Shown here piece by piece: positions 51,526 through 61,499 of a stretch of 64,000 bases of DNA. The position numbers were made by a program, and so were the translations under genes. Positions within the stretch are counted from its first letter, which is position 1, and each line of letters begins with the position of its first letter. Under the pieces are notes generated by a model that saw nothing but the letters and a program-made list of their open reading frames with translations, was not told the DNA's origin and made no database searches. Source of the DNA: Gammaproteobacteria bacterium. Its GTDB lineage: Bacteria; Pseudomonadota; Gammaproteobacteria; UBA4575. The stretch covers positions 606,926 to 670,925 of the forward strand of contig OZ241890.1 in assembly GCA_965203475.1 (NCBI GenBank), written 5' to 3'.

Positions 51526-52257
51526 TTAGGCAGCTTTTTTTAGTAGTATGTTTTTAGCTTGATTAATCTTCGCAGCAAGGTAATCATTGCCGCCACGGTC
51601 TGGATGTAGTTTTTGCATTAATCTTCGATGTGCATCAATAATTTCTTCTTCACTTACATTCTTGTCCAGTCCTAAGATGTTATACGCTTCATCAATCGAC
51701 ATGGTAGCCCTCGAATTGTCTGCTTGTTGAGATTGATTTGCTTCATCAACATAGTCACGCCAAGTATCTTGATGAGTTCTATCAAGATAGGCTTCTAAGA
51801 GTTGTTTTGAGTCCGAATCTAATTGCGAAAGTTCTGCATGTAGTTTCATTAACCCCGATAGAGACATATCTGATAAGTTTTTCCCTATGAATTTTCCTTT
51901 TTTTACTTTTCCATGCATATGGCCGGTGGCATGTTCTAGGCTCATAGATAGATATTCAGTTTCTACATTTGAAGTTTGATTTGTTGAAGCTCCAGACTGC
52001 ATGTTGCGAAATTGTGTAAATAACCTGCCAAACATTGGGATATAACTCATTAATCCAAGTATGCGTCGAAACACAGGAACAATTGCAGCAAGCGCTGCAA
52101 ACAACCAATGAGCTCTTCCAGTAGCTACTAATCCAATAAGAATAATTGCTACAAAAATTGCAATGGCTTGAAATTGTTTTTGTTTTGGTTGCTTACTTAC
52201 CCAACGTATGAAAATCAATACACCTATGATGCCTATGATGAGTAAAATTTGCTGCAT
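51526..52257 (-). CDS. Membrane-anchored J-domain protein (DjlA-like)
   Basis: Two N-terminal TM helices. C-terminal J domain AYNILGL...LHPDRGG. Confidence 0.65.
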   Translation of the reverse strand: MQQILLIIGIIGVLIFIRWVSKQPKQKQFQAIAIFVAIILIGLVATGRAHWLFAALAAIVPVFRRILGLMSYIPMFGRLFTQFRNMQSGASTNQTSNVETEYLSMSLEHATGHMHGKVKKGKFIGKNLSDMSLSGLMKLHAELSQLDSDSKQLLEAYLDRTHQDTWRDYVDEANQSQQADNSRATMSIDEAYNILGLDKNVSEEEIIDAHRRLMQKLHPDRGGNDYLAAKINQAKNILLKKAA

Positions 52258-52970
52258 TAGGATGATTGATCCGTTAGTTGATTGATGATCTCATTTTTTA
52301 AATTGGCATTAGTTTTACTATGAGCTTTGAGTGCTTTTACGCCTCCCACTGCGTACACAGCAACCGCTTTTAATAAAGCGCGTAATTGCTCGGCACTGGA
52401 CTGATCAAATTTACAATATGCGCCTTTCGTAATCTTCGCCATTTGGCGAAATGTACGTTCAGCCATAACATCTTGGCCTTCGTGGAAAATAAATATGGGG
52501 ATGCCATGTAATGCCAGTTTTCCTGCTTGGCCTAGCAATTTGTCTGCTAACTCTTCCATACAATCGCCAACAAATACCAGCGCATTAATTTTATGTTGTT
52601 TAGCTTCGAGTAGTGTATGGTCTAAAATTCTTGAAATTTGAGTTTGTCCGGCTTTACATCGCACTATAGACATTACATTTTGCAATTGTGATGCATTTTG
52701 AGTCCAATCATGCGCTTGAAATTCGCCATACCCATGGTAATAGCATAATTGAATGAGTAACTTTCCTAGTGCAGCTGTTTCGGTGAACATATCTGCCTGA
52801 ATTTGGCATGCCATGTCCCAACAGGGTTCACGACTAGCCGTTGCATCCATTGCAAATATCAATCTTCCACAAGATTCCGTTTGTATGGGAACTGGTGATT
52901 TTGCTACTTGGTCCAGAAACTCTGCTACAGATGAATTTTGTGTAGAAATGCTTTTCTTATTACTGCCCAT
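52257..52970 (-). CDS. Small vWA-domain protein
   Basis: LIFAMDATASREP MIDAS-like motif. Its stop overlaps the start of the J-domain gene (TAATG). Confidence 0.55.
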   Translation of the reverse strand: MGSNKKSISTQNSSVAEFLDQVAKSPVPIQTESCGRLIFAMDATASREPCWDMACQIQADMFTETAALGKLLIQLCYYHGYGEFQAHDWTQNASQLQNVMSIVRCKAGQTQISRILDHTLLEAKQHKINALVFVGDCMEELADKLLGQAGKLALHGIPIFIFHEGQDVMAERTFRQMAKITKGAYCKFDQSSAEQLRALLKAVAVYAVGGVKALKAHSKTNANLKNEIINQLTDQSS

Positions 52971-53069
52971 TGAAAACTAAGAATTGACTTACAAATTTTT
53001 TATAGTTTAACCCATATTGGACGTTTGATCGTTTAACCATATAAACCTAGCAAAATAAAAGGATTAACC

Positions 53070-54530
53070 ATGAAACGATTAAAACTATTATCTGTATTTA
53101 TAGTCAGTACCATAATTAACATTTTCTCAGGTGCTGCAGTTGCCACAGCTGATCTACGCGAAGTTAATAGTAATTTAGCAGATCAAAAGGAGGTAGCACT
53201 TACCATCTACAACGATCAATTGGCACTTGTAAAGGATTTGCGAGTTATTCGCTTAGAGCGCGGATTTAATCAGTTGGCATTTCGTGAAGTAAGTGCACAG
53301 ATGAGACCAGAGACAGCATTATTTCGAAATTTGAGTAAAGTTGATGATTATCGTCTTATAGAACAGAACTTTAATTTTGATTTATTAACGCCTCAAAAGT
53401 TACTCGAGAAATATGTTGGCAAAGAAGTTCGTATAGTTAAAACACATCCTCAGACAGGAGAGGAATCGATTGTGGTTGCTACTGTATTAAGTGTAAACAA
53501 TGGAGTTGTACTGAGAATCGGCGATCAAATTCATACAGGAGTACCCGGTAGAATTGTGTTTGACAAAATTCCTGAAAATCTTCGTGATAGGCCTACATTA
53601 GTAATGCAACTAAATAGTGGAACATCTAATCCTCAAGATGTACAGCTTACATATTTAACAGGCGGATTATCATGGAAAGCCGATTATGTGGCGGAGTTGG
53701 ATAAAAGTGATAAATATTTAGATTTAACAGGGTGGGTAACATTAAGCAATCTAAGTGGTACAAGCTATAAAAATGCAAAACTACAACTTGTTGCGGGTGA
53801 TGTAAACCGTGTTAAAAATGATTACAAAGAAGCCAGCAAAAAATTTCGAATGCTAGCATCCGATACAGCAGTTGCAGAACAGGATATGATAGAAGAAGCA
53901 TTATTTGAATATCATTTATATACCTTACAACGACCTACTGATATTTTAGAAAATCAAACGAAACAGGTTTCATTGCTGAATGCTACGAGAGTGCCTGTTA
54001 AAAAAGAATTTTTACTTCAAGGCCAACATTATTATTACCAAAGTTCTTATGGATCTATTGGGGAAAAAATGAAAGTTGGCGTGTATGTAGAATTTAACAA
54101 CAGCAAAACTTCGAATCTTGGACTACCATTGCCGAAGGGTGTAGTCCGTGTATATAAAAACGATCGATCAGGTAATGCGCAATTCGTAGGCGAGGATCAT
54201 ATTGATCATACACCTAAAAAGGAAAATGTTAAGCTTAAGCTTGGAGATGCGTTTGATGTAACTGCAGATAAAAAACAGACAAGCTTTAAAAAAGCCCACG
54301 CCATTGGTAAATATGACTATGCGTATATTGCCAGTTTCCAAGTTGATCTTAAAAATGCCAAGTCTGAAGAAGTGGAAGTTGTTGTGCGGGAACCCATTCC
54401 AGGTGATTGGCAAATGAGAAAAGAAAGTCATAAACATGTTAAAGTGGCTGCCGGAACAGCAGAATGGAAAATTAAAGTGCCTGCTGAAGGGAAAACATCA
54501 CTCATCTATGACGTTTTAGTCCGCTATTGA
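53070..54530 (+). CDS. Secreted protein, possibly DUF4139/DUF4140 (MuiA-like) family
   Basis: Signal peptide and beta-rich 486 aa sequence. The family assignment is from memory only. Confidence 0.45.
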   Translation: MKRLKLLSVFIVSTIINIFSGAAVATADLREVNSNLADQKEVALTIYNDQLALVKDLRVIRLERGFNQLAFREVSAQMRPETALFRNLSKVDDYRLIEQNFNFDLLTPQKLLEKYVGKEVRIVKTHPQTGEESIVVATVLSVNNGVVLRIGDQIHTGVPGRIVFDKIPENLRDRPTLVMQLNSGTSNPQDVQLTYLTGGLSWKADYVAELDKSDKYLDLTGWVTLSNLSGTSYKNAKLQLVAGDVNRVKNDYKEASKKFRMLASDTAVAEQDMIEEALFEYHLYTLQRPTDILENQTKQVSLLNATRVPVKKEFLLQGQHYYYQSSYGSIGEKMKVGVYVEFNNSKTSNLGLPLPKGVVRVYKNDRSGNAQFVGEDHIDHTPKKENVKLKLGDAFDVTADKKQTSFKKAHAIGKYDYAYIASFQVDLKNAKSEEVEVVVREPIPGDWQMRKESHKHVKVAAGTAEWKIKVPAEGKTSLIYDVLVRY

Positions 54531-54543
54531 TATTCATTGAACC

Positions 54544-55446
54544 ATGCAACGTGCCAGTAGTTTAGATTGGCTAGGGCTTATTGCCCTAGTCATTATGTTT
54601 GGTAGTGCATTTATGTTTACTAAATTTGCAGTAGAGGATTTTAATCCTTATGTGGTTGCAGCGGGTAGAATAATTATTGCGGCTTTATTTTTACTTGGTG
54701 TTTCGTTGGTACGAAAAGAAAAGTTCTATTTTGTTAGAACTACTTGGCCATTATTAACTGCTCTGGCTATATTTGGGGATTGTTTGCCATTTTATCTTAT
54801 TAGTTGGGGTCAGCAAACAGTAGATAGCAGTATTGCTGGAATTCTGATGGCAGTCATGCCTTTAACAACAATTGTTTTGGCACATTTTTTTGTGATTAAT
54901 GAACGATTAACATTAAATCGAGTGGTTGGTTTTTTTCTAGGGTTTTTAGGAATATTAATTTTATTAGGACCGGCCGCATTTCAAAAGATAGAGCATGGGC
55001 ATTACATTTTAATTCCGATGTTAGCCATTTTGGGCGGCGCCGTGAGTTATGCTGTAAATACCATATTGGCTAAAAGATTACCCAATGAAAGTTTTATTGC
55101 GATATCTACAGCAGTGTTATTAATTGCAAGTCTTATTATGCTTCCTTTTTTGTTTTTCTCGTTTGGATCATTTAGCTGGAGTGTGACTGTGGAATCGGTT
55201 GTGTCTTTGATAGTTTTAGGATTATTCCCAACTGCAATAGCTACAATAATTTATTTTGCAATTATTGCGCGTATAGGCCCATCATTCCTTTCGCAGATTA
55301 ACTATCTAATACCCGTCTGGGCCGTTTTAATGGGAGTTATATTTCTAAAAGAACATATCAATGCTAATGCATATATTGCATTAATTGTAATTCTGCTTGG
55401 AATTGCAATAGCACAAAGAAGAAAGATGTCCTTTGCGCGATTTTAA
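54544..55446 (+). CDS. EamA/DMT family transporter
   Basis: Ten TM helices in two EamA-like halves. Confidence 0.75.
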   Translation: MQRASSLDWLGLIALVIMFGSAFMFTKFAVEDFNPYVVAAGRIIIAALFLLGVSLVRKEKFYFVRTTWPLLTALAIFGDCLPFYLISWGQQTVDSSIAGILMAVMPLTTIVLAHFFVINERLTLNRVVGFFLGFLGILILLGPAAFQKIEHGHYILIPMLAILGGAVSYAVNTILAKRLPNESFIAISTAVLLIASLIMLPFLFFSFGSFSWSVTVESVVSLIVLGLFPTAIATIIYFAIIARIGPSFLSQINYLIPVWAVLMGVIFLKEHINANAYIALIVILLGIAIAQRRKMSFARF

Positions 55447-55451
55447 TTAGA

Positions 55452-55982
55452 CTAATTAGATTTTCTATTGATAAATTCTTCTAAGGCTTCGATTTTAACG
55501 GGCCCTGGATTATGTCCAACTAATTGCCCTTCAGGATTAAACATTAAATAGGTGGGAGTGCCACGCAACGGTTCATCAGTTGATGATTGATAATTAAATG
55601 CGACTACTGATAGTTCACCGACTAAGTTTTTAAATGACATTGGCATTTCATCGATATGTTGCGTAATGCTTTCCAGATTTGAATAACCATCGAGTGAAAC
55701 ACCAATAACTTTTGCAACAGTACTTTTATGTTTATCATGAAATTCAGACATAATGGGATATTCGCGAACACAAATACCACAGGTGCTGGACCAAAGCATT
55801 ACAAGAGTCCATTTCCCTTCTTCAAAGTGTTGGAAGAGGGTTGTAAATTTGCCATCCAATGTCCTCACTTCTGTCCAGTTTGATGCAATACCAATACTAG
55901 GCAGTGACAGTATTAAAGTTATTGCTATAAATAACTTAGTTGCATGAAGCATATGTACAAATTTTAAAACCATGCTTATCAT
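55452..55982 (-). CDS. Thioredoxin-fold thiol-disulfide oxidoreductase (TlpA/ResA-like), membrane-anchored
   Basis: WSSTCGIC (CxxC). Signal-anchor MISMVLKFVHMLHATKLFIAITLIL. Start trimmed from 56141 to avoid overlap with the divergent gene. Confidence 0.65.
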   Translation of the reverse strand: MISMVLKFVHMLHATKLFIAITLILSLPSIGIASNWTEVRTLDGKFTTLFQHFEEGKWTLVMLWSSTCGICVREYPIMSEFHDKHKSTVAKVIGVSLDGYSNLESITQHIDEMPMSFKNLVGELSVVAFNYQSSTDEPLRGTPTYLMFNPEGQLVGHNPGPVKIEALEEFINRKSN

Positions 55983-56062
55983 CCTTGAATCTGAGAACTT
56001 TTTGTAGGCTTTAATAATACCTAGTTCAGACATCCATTCCCAATTAAAAGTGAGAATAATTA

Positions 56063-56920
56063 ATGAAAAATAGTATTCAATGCGTTTTGGACGAAGTTGG
56101 ATCACTGGCTTTCCCAGGAATTTATGACACCTTGTCTGCAAAAATTGCGGAACAAGTGGGGTTTCCCATGGCCTTTATTTCTGGGTATTCATTGGCTGCC
56201 GCCACCATTGGTGAGCCAGACTTTGGCTTGCTCACACAAACAGAAGTTGTAGAACGCGCTCGAGCAATATGCACAAGTGTTTCAATACCAATCATAGTAG
56301 ATGCAGATACTGGCTATGGAAATCCTTTAAATGTGTACCGGACCGTTGAGCAATTAATTGATGCCGGAGCTAAAGGTTGTTTTTTAGAAGATCAAGTTTG
56401 GCCAAAAAAATGTGGTCATATGCGAAATAAAAAAGTAATCGAGCGTGAAGAGTATCTAAATAAGATTAAGGCTGCTGTAGATGCAAGAGGCGATGCTGAT
56501 TTTTTTATTGTTGCGCGAACAGATGCAGAAGCTGTTGTAGGGCTCGAAGAAGCAATTACACGTGTTAAGCAAGCTAGGGAATTAGGGGCTGATGCCAGTT
56601 TTGTAGAAGCTCCTGGTTCGCTTGAACAAATGAAGAAAATAGGATTCGAAGCACCTAAACCTATTGTTGCAAATATGATAGAAGGTGGAAAAACACCAGT
56701 ATTACAAAAACAAGAATTGTCCGAATTAGGATTCCAGTTAATTTTATATCCTTTAACTGGGTTATTTGCAGCAGGTAAAACAATTCAAAAATTTTATTCA
56801 ACATTACATAATAATGGAACTACATTGGGCATGGAGGCCGATCTTTTAAACTTTACTGAGTTTAATGAATTAATAGGGGTAGAAGAAAAGTATCAATTAT
56901 CAGAAAAATATGAGGCTTAG
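56063..56920 (+). CDS. Isocitrate lyase/PEP mutase superfamily enzyme (2-methylisocitrate lyase / oxaloacetate decarboxylase-like)
   Basis: Motifs YDTLSAKIAEQVGF, IVDADTGYGN and EDQVWPKKCGH. Confidence 0.75.
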   Translation: MKNSIQCVLDEVGSLAFPGIYDTLSAKIAEQVGFPMAFISGYSLAAATIGEPDFGLLTQTEVVERARAICTSVSIPIIVDADTGYGNPLNVYRTVEQLIDAGAKGCFLEDQVWPKKCGHMRNKKVIEREEYLNKIKAAVDARGDADFFIVARTDAEAVVGLEEAITRVKQARELGADASFVEAPGSLEQMKKIGFEAPKPIVANMIEGGKTPVLQKQELSELGFQLILYPLTGLFAAGKTIQKFYSTLHNNGTTLGMEADLLNFTEFNELIGVEEKYQLSEKYEA

Positions 56921-58425
56921 TTTAGTAGGGCTATTATGTAGTCGCTGAAAAAGTATGTCAGTAATGTAAGCATTATGATGCAAATAATGTTAAGTCTAAA
57001 ACCAGACCTTAACATTTGCTGCGAAGTAATATAGCCAGAACCAAATACAATTGCATTGGGGGGCGTTGCAATTGGCAACATAAATGCGCAACTTGCTGCA
57101 ATGGCCGCAGGAATGATTAATAAATAAGGATGTATATTAAGTGCTGGCGAAATTGCAGCGAGCACTGGAACTAATGTAGCTGTTGTTGCAGTATTCGATG
57201 TCAGTTCTGTCAAAAAAACCACTGCACTAATTATTATCAGAAGTATAATTAGTGTCGGCATAGATGATAGTACACCCGCTTGTGCGCCTATAAACTCTGT
57301 CACACCATTATTTTTAACAGCAGCAGCCAGACTTAATCCGCCACCTAAAAGTATCAAAATACCCCAGGGTAAATCTCGTAAATTCTTCCATTGAAGAATA
57401 AATTTATTGGATGTATTTTTTGCAGGAATAATAAATAGTAAAATTGCAGAAAAAATAGCAATACTAGAATCCGTTAAACCTGCGAAAGGCGTTAAATAAT
57501 TTCCATTAAGTTTGATTTCGATACTTTGAAGAAATGTTCTACTTAGCCATAATAAAACTGTAAAACTAAAGACGATTAGAACAGCTTTTTCTTCATAGCT
57601 CATGCGACCCAAGTTCTTACTTTCTTTTTTCAAAAATTCTGAAGAATGTCCAAGTTGTACAGTATCTATTTTGTATATTATTTTGGTCAGTAACCACCAA
57701 CATATAGGCAATAGAACACAAACTACTGGAACACCAACCTTTGCCCATTCCAGAAAGCTAATGTCATTAATATATTGAGCGTCAATTGAGTCTCGTATAA
57801 ATGAAACAACAAATAAATTAGGCGCAGTACCAATTACAGTAGCTATTCCACCAATATTGGCAGCATATGCAACACCAAGCATGATGCAAGTTGCAAATGC
57901 AAAATTACTTTTATTGTTCTTTTTTACATGTAATAGTGCAATTACACTTAACCCAATGGGAAGCATCATTGCAGTGGTGGCTGTGTTTGAAATAAACGCG
58001 CTTAAAAATGCAGTTGCAAGCATAAAACCACCGACGATGCGTGATGGTGTATTTCCAATTTTTCTCAAAATCCCCAAAGCAATTCTCCTATCTAAGCCCC
58101 AGACTTGCAGAGCAATTGCAATAATAAAACCCCCAAGAAATAGAAAAATTATGTGAGAAGCATACGGTGCGGCAGCCTCTTTAATACTGGTGATGTCAAA
58201 TAGTGGAAAAAAGGCAATAGGTAGTAGTGCTGTGACACTAATATCCGTGGCTTCAGTTAACCACCAAATAGCCATCCAAACCAACATGGCCATTGTTGCT
58301 TTTGCAGATGTATCAAAAATTTGAGTACTTCCAGTAACACTTGTGTATTGATCTGGTAATAACAAAAAAGTGAATAAGGCAGCAATTGGGCCAGCAATAA
58401 GCCAAAAAACCTTATTTTTATGCAT
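56917..58425 (-). CDS. DASS/SLC13-type anion (sulfate or di/tricarboxylate) sodium symporter
   Basis: 502 aa. Two-repeat topology with SNTAT-type hairpin motifs (SNTATTAM, TSNTATTATL). Confidence 0.7.
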   Translation of the reverse strand: MHKNKVFWLIAGPIAALFTFLLLPDQYTSVTGSTQIFDTSAKATMAMLVWMAIWWLTEATDISVTALLPIAFFPLFDITSIKEAAAPYASHIIFLFLGGFIIAIALQVWGLDRRIALGILRKIGNTPSRIVGGFMLATAFLSAFISNTATTAMMLPIGLSVIALLHVKKNNKSNFAFATCIMLGVAYAANIGGIATVIGTAPNLFVVSFIRDSIDAQYINDISFLEWAKVGVPVVCVLLPICWWLLTKIIYKIDTVQLGHSSEFLKKESKNLGRMSYEEKAVLIVFSFTVLLWLSRTFLQSIEIKLNGNYLTPFAGLTDSSIAIFSAILLFIIPAKNTSNKFILQWKNLRDLPWGILILLGGGLSLAAAVKNNGVTEFIGAQAGVLSSMPTLIILLIIISAVVFLTELTSNTATTATLVPVLAAISPALNIHPYLLIIPAAIAASCAFMLPIATPPNAIVFGSGYITSQQMLRSGFRLNIICIIMLTLLTYFFSDYIIALLN

Positions 58426-58492
58426 GGAGATATCTCTTACGTCTACTATTCTAATGTTACGAAGGAAAAGTTATTTCGTTAAAATAATTATT

Positions 58493-59515
58493 ATGGAGAA
58501 CAATTTTCAGATTCTAGATTCTTTGTCACGACCTGTGCGTGATTTGAGAATATCCATTACCGACCGTTGTAATTTTCGATGTACCTATTGTATGCCAAAA
58601 GATATTTTTAATTCAGATTATCAATTCATGCAACGAGATGAATTATTAAGTTTTGAGGAAATTACAAGAATATCCAGAATTTTTTCGGATTTAGGCGTTA
58701 AAAAATTACGTATCACAGGTGGTGAGCCTTTACTACGAAAAAATGTGCCTGTACTTATCGAACAATTGGCAAAAATCGATTCAATCGAAGATATTAGTTT
58801 AACCACGAATGGAATTTTGCTTACAAAAGAAATTACACAGCAGTTAAAAAATGCTGGTTTAAACCGAATAACTATCAGCTTGGATGCATTAGAAGATACC
58901 GTTTTTAAAAAAATTAGTGATGTTTCATTTTCGGTTAACCAAGTATTGCAAGGAATAGAAAATGCAGACGTAGTAGGACTAGTGCCGATTAAGATAAATA
59001 TGGTTGTAAAAAAAGGAGTGAATGATCGTTCAATTGTACCAATGCTCAAATATTTTAGAGGAACAGATATTATAGTACGCTTTATTGAGTTTATGGATGT
59101 GGGAAGTACTAATCAATGGAAATTAGATGATGTATTTACAGCAAAAGATATTCTTTCGGAGATAAAAAAAGAATTTTCTATCGAAGAAATAGAAGCAAAT
59201 TACAGAGGAGAAGTAGCTAAGCGTTGGAAGTTTAAAAACAGTAGCGGCGAATTTGGAATTATTTCGTCGGTTACACAACCTTTCTGCAGTGATTGTACTC
59301 GTGCAAGGCTATCTGCTGAAGGTAAATTGTATACATGCTTGTTTGCAACCAAAGGTACAGACTTAAGACACCTGTTACGAGAAAGAGCAGAGGATGAATT
59401 TATTACAGAAGTTATCAAAACGACTTGGTCAAAGCGTGGTGACAGATATTCTGAACTTAGAAATTCAGAAACTGTATTGCTGCCAAAAGTTGAAATGTCA
59501 TATATTGGCGGTTAG
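58493..59515 (+). CDS. moaA: GTP 3',8-cyclase (radical SAM)
   Basis: CNFRCTYC cluster motif and C-terminal second cluster cysteines. Start at the ATG at 58493; the predicted ORF from 58370 is an extension. Confidence 0.85.
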   Translation: MENNFQILDSLSRPVRDLRISITDRCNFRCTYCMPKDIFNSDYQFMQRDELLSFEEITRISRIFSDLGVKKLRITGGEPLLRKNVPVLIEQLAKIDSIEDISLTTNGILLTKEITQQLKNAGLNRITISLDALEDTVFKKISDVSFSVNQVLQGIENADVVGLVPIKINMVVKKGVNDRSIVPMLKYFRGTDIIVRFIEFMDVGSTNQWKLDDVFTAKDILSEIKKEFSIEEIEANYRGEVAKRWKFKNSSGEFGIISSVTQPFCSDCTRARLSAEGKLYTCLFATKGTDLRHLLRERAEDEFITEVIKTTWSKRGDRYSELRNSETVLLPKVEMSYIGG

Positions 59516-59572
59516 TTTGATCATGTAGCCTGCATGATCCTTTTCATAAAAAGTACAGTTAAAAGAACACCT

Positions 59573-59631
59573 TTTGTGATCGGTTATCTATATTTTGTGA
59601 TCGGTTATCTATATTGATAACCGGTTAATGT
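59573..59631. repeat. Tandem 21-bp direct repeat (TTGTGATCGGTTATCTATAT x2) ending in an inverted repeat GGTTATC-N6-GATAACC-GGTTAAT
   Basis: Read directly. Lies between moaA and the EAL ORF. Confidence 0.6.
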
Positions 59632-59788
59632 AGATGATACTGAAATTAGTAATGTTCGGTCTGATTCTCAATCGTATATTAGAATTAATAATGCGTTAGA
59701 GAATGATAGTTTTTCAATTCATCTACAGCCAATTTGTAAAATAGATCAAATTCAAAACGACTGGGATTGTTTTGAGGCGTTAATTCGA

Positions 59789-60460
59789 ATGCATAGTGGA
59801 GACACCTCTATCATTGGGCCAGCAAGGTTTTTGCCAACGGCGGAGCGTTATAACTTAATTACAAATATTGATCGTTGGATGGTTAAAAATTGTGTATTAA
59901 AATTGAGTCAACTGGATAATGTTGGTAAAAACTTAAAAATGTTATCTATCAATATTTCTGGCGCCTCTCTTAGTGATCCAAAATTTTTGAAGTATGTAAA
60001 GTCAGTGTTTGATCAATATAGTGTTGCAACAGAAAAAATATGTTTTGAGATTACAGAGACAGTTGCCGTATCAAATCTAGTAGAAGCAAATTCATTTATA
60101 AAATATTTACGAGACCTTGGTTGTAAATTTGCATTGGATGACTTCGGAACAGGATTTTCATCGCTAGAAAGCTTGAAACATTTGCCGGTCGATTTTATTA
60201 AGATTGATGGTGTTTTTGTTCGTGATATTGATACTAATGCCGTTGACCATGAAATGGTACGTTCACTTCATAAAATTGCAAAATTAATGAATATTGAGAC
60301 TATTGCAGAGTTTGTTGAAACTATAAATGTATTAGATACTTTAAGAGATATTGGTGTTAATTACGTGCAAGGATTTGCCATTAGCGAACCTATGTTGATG
60401 GAAGAAATGCTAAATTTCCAAAATACACAAACAAGTCAAAATATAAAATTTGCTAGCTAG
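59789..60460 (+). CDS. EAL-domain protein, apparently 5'-truncated (frame open back to 59666 without a start codon)
   Basis: EITETVA, ALDDFGTGFSS and KIDGVFV motifs. The EAL motif itself (FEALIRM) lies upstream of the first ATG. Confidence 0.5.
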   Translation: MHSGDTSIIGPARFLPTAERYNLITNIDRWMVKNCVLKLSQLDNVGKNLKMLSINISGASLSDPKFLKYVKSVFDQYSVATEKICFEITETVAVSNLVEANSFIKYLRDLGCKFALDDFGTGFSSLESLKHLPVDFIKIDGVFVRDIDTNAVDHEMVRSLHKIAKLMNIETIAEFVETINVLDTLRDIGVNYVQGFAISEPMLMEEMLNFQNTQTSQNIKFAS

Positions 60461-60472
60461 TTAAATATTTAT

Positions 60473-60994
60473 TTAAGTTTCTTTTAACCTAGGAATTAAT
60501 TCAACTAAATTACAAGGTCTATTTCGATAGTCTAATTGATGTGTAATTAATTTATCCCAAGCTTCTGCGCATGCACCACTTGAGCCTGGTAAACAAAATA
60601 CGTAAGTACCATTTGCTACACCTGCAAATGCACGTGACTGTAACGTAGATGTCTTTATCGTCTCATAGGATAAAACTCTAAACATTTCACCAAATCCAGA
60701 AATTTCTTTATCAAGCAATGGCCGAATTGCTTCTGGTGTACCATCTCTGCCTGTTACACCGGTACCTCCCGTGGTAATAATTACGTCAGGGGCAAGATTG
60801 GCTATCCATCTCGAAGTTATTTCACGTATCTTATAAAGATCATCTGCGACAATTACTTTTTCGTTAAGTTTATGTCCTGTGTCAGTAATTCGATCACACA
60901 GTAATTTTCCAGATTTGTCCTCAGCTTCTGTTCTTGTATCAGAAATTGTGAGTACAGCAATTTCTAATGCAATAAATTTTCTATCTTCGTTCAT
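60473..60994 (-). CDS. moaB: Molybdenum cofactor biosynthesis protein B (MoaB/MogA family)
   Basis: LTISDTR and GGTG motifs. Confidence 0.8.
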   Translation of the reverse strand: MNEDRKFIALEIAVLTISDTRTEAEDKSGKLLCDRITDTGHKLNEKVIVADDLYKIREITSRWIANLAPDVIITTGGTGVTGRDGTPEAIRPLLDKEISGFGEMFRVLSYETIKTSTLQSRAFAGVANGTYVFCLPGSSGACAEAWDKLITHQLDYRNRPCNLVELIPRLKET

Positions 60995-61052
60995 TTTTTA
61001 CTGCCTTGAATAACAATCTGGTTCATAATGTACATATCACGTTATTGAGTCA

Positions 61053-61493
61053 ATGAAAATGAAAATTGAAATTAAAGAGCAAGCATTTGATCCATGGCAG
61101 GAAATAACTGCCTATCAAAAACAAACATTTAGACCAGGTGAATATGGTGCAACGTCAATTTTCATAGGCAGTATGCGGGATATGAATGATGGCTTTGAAC
61201 TTTCAGACATGACGTTAGAGTTTTATCCAGAGATGACGCAAAAACATATTGAACAAATTGTGGATACTGCTATGCAAAAATGGGAAATATTAGATGCATT
61301 TATTTTACATCGAGTTGGGCAAGTATTTCCGAGTGATCCTATTGTGTGTGTTGCAGTGTGGTCAGAGCATCGAGCAGCTGCTTATGATGCAAATCGATTT
61401 ATAATGGAAGATTTAAAATCTAATGCTCCATTTTGGAAAAAAGAAAGTACTGAAAATAAAGACCGATGGGTAGAAAAGAATACTCCAGGTTAA
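61053..61493 (+). CDS. moaE: Molybdopterin synthase catalytic subunit
   Basis: GATSIFIGSMRD, VAVWSEHR and PFWKKE motifs. Confidence 0.8.
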   Translation: MKMKIEIKEQAFDPWQEITAYQKQTFRPGEYGATSIFIGSMRDMNDGFELSDMTLEFYPEMTQKHIEQIVDTAMQKWEILDAFILHRVGQVFPSDPIVCVAVWSEHRAAAYDANRFIMEDLKSNAPFWKKESTENKDRWVEKNTPG

Positions 61494-61499
61494 ATTAAC

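Noticed and set aside
53070-54530. Treating the DUF4139-like secreted protein as part of the divergent vWA/J-domain operon
   Set aside because: It is on the opposite strand with a 100-nt divergent spacer. A shared regulatory region is possible, but there is no evidence of functional linkage.
58370-58492. N-terminal 41-codon extension of moaA
   Set aside because: It overlaps the divergent transporter gene start. The MoaA homology starts at MENNFQILD (ATG at 58493).
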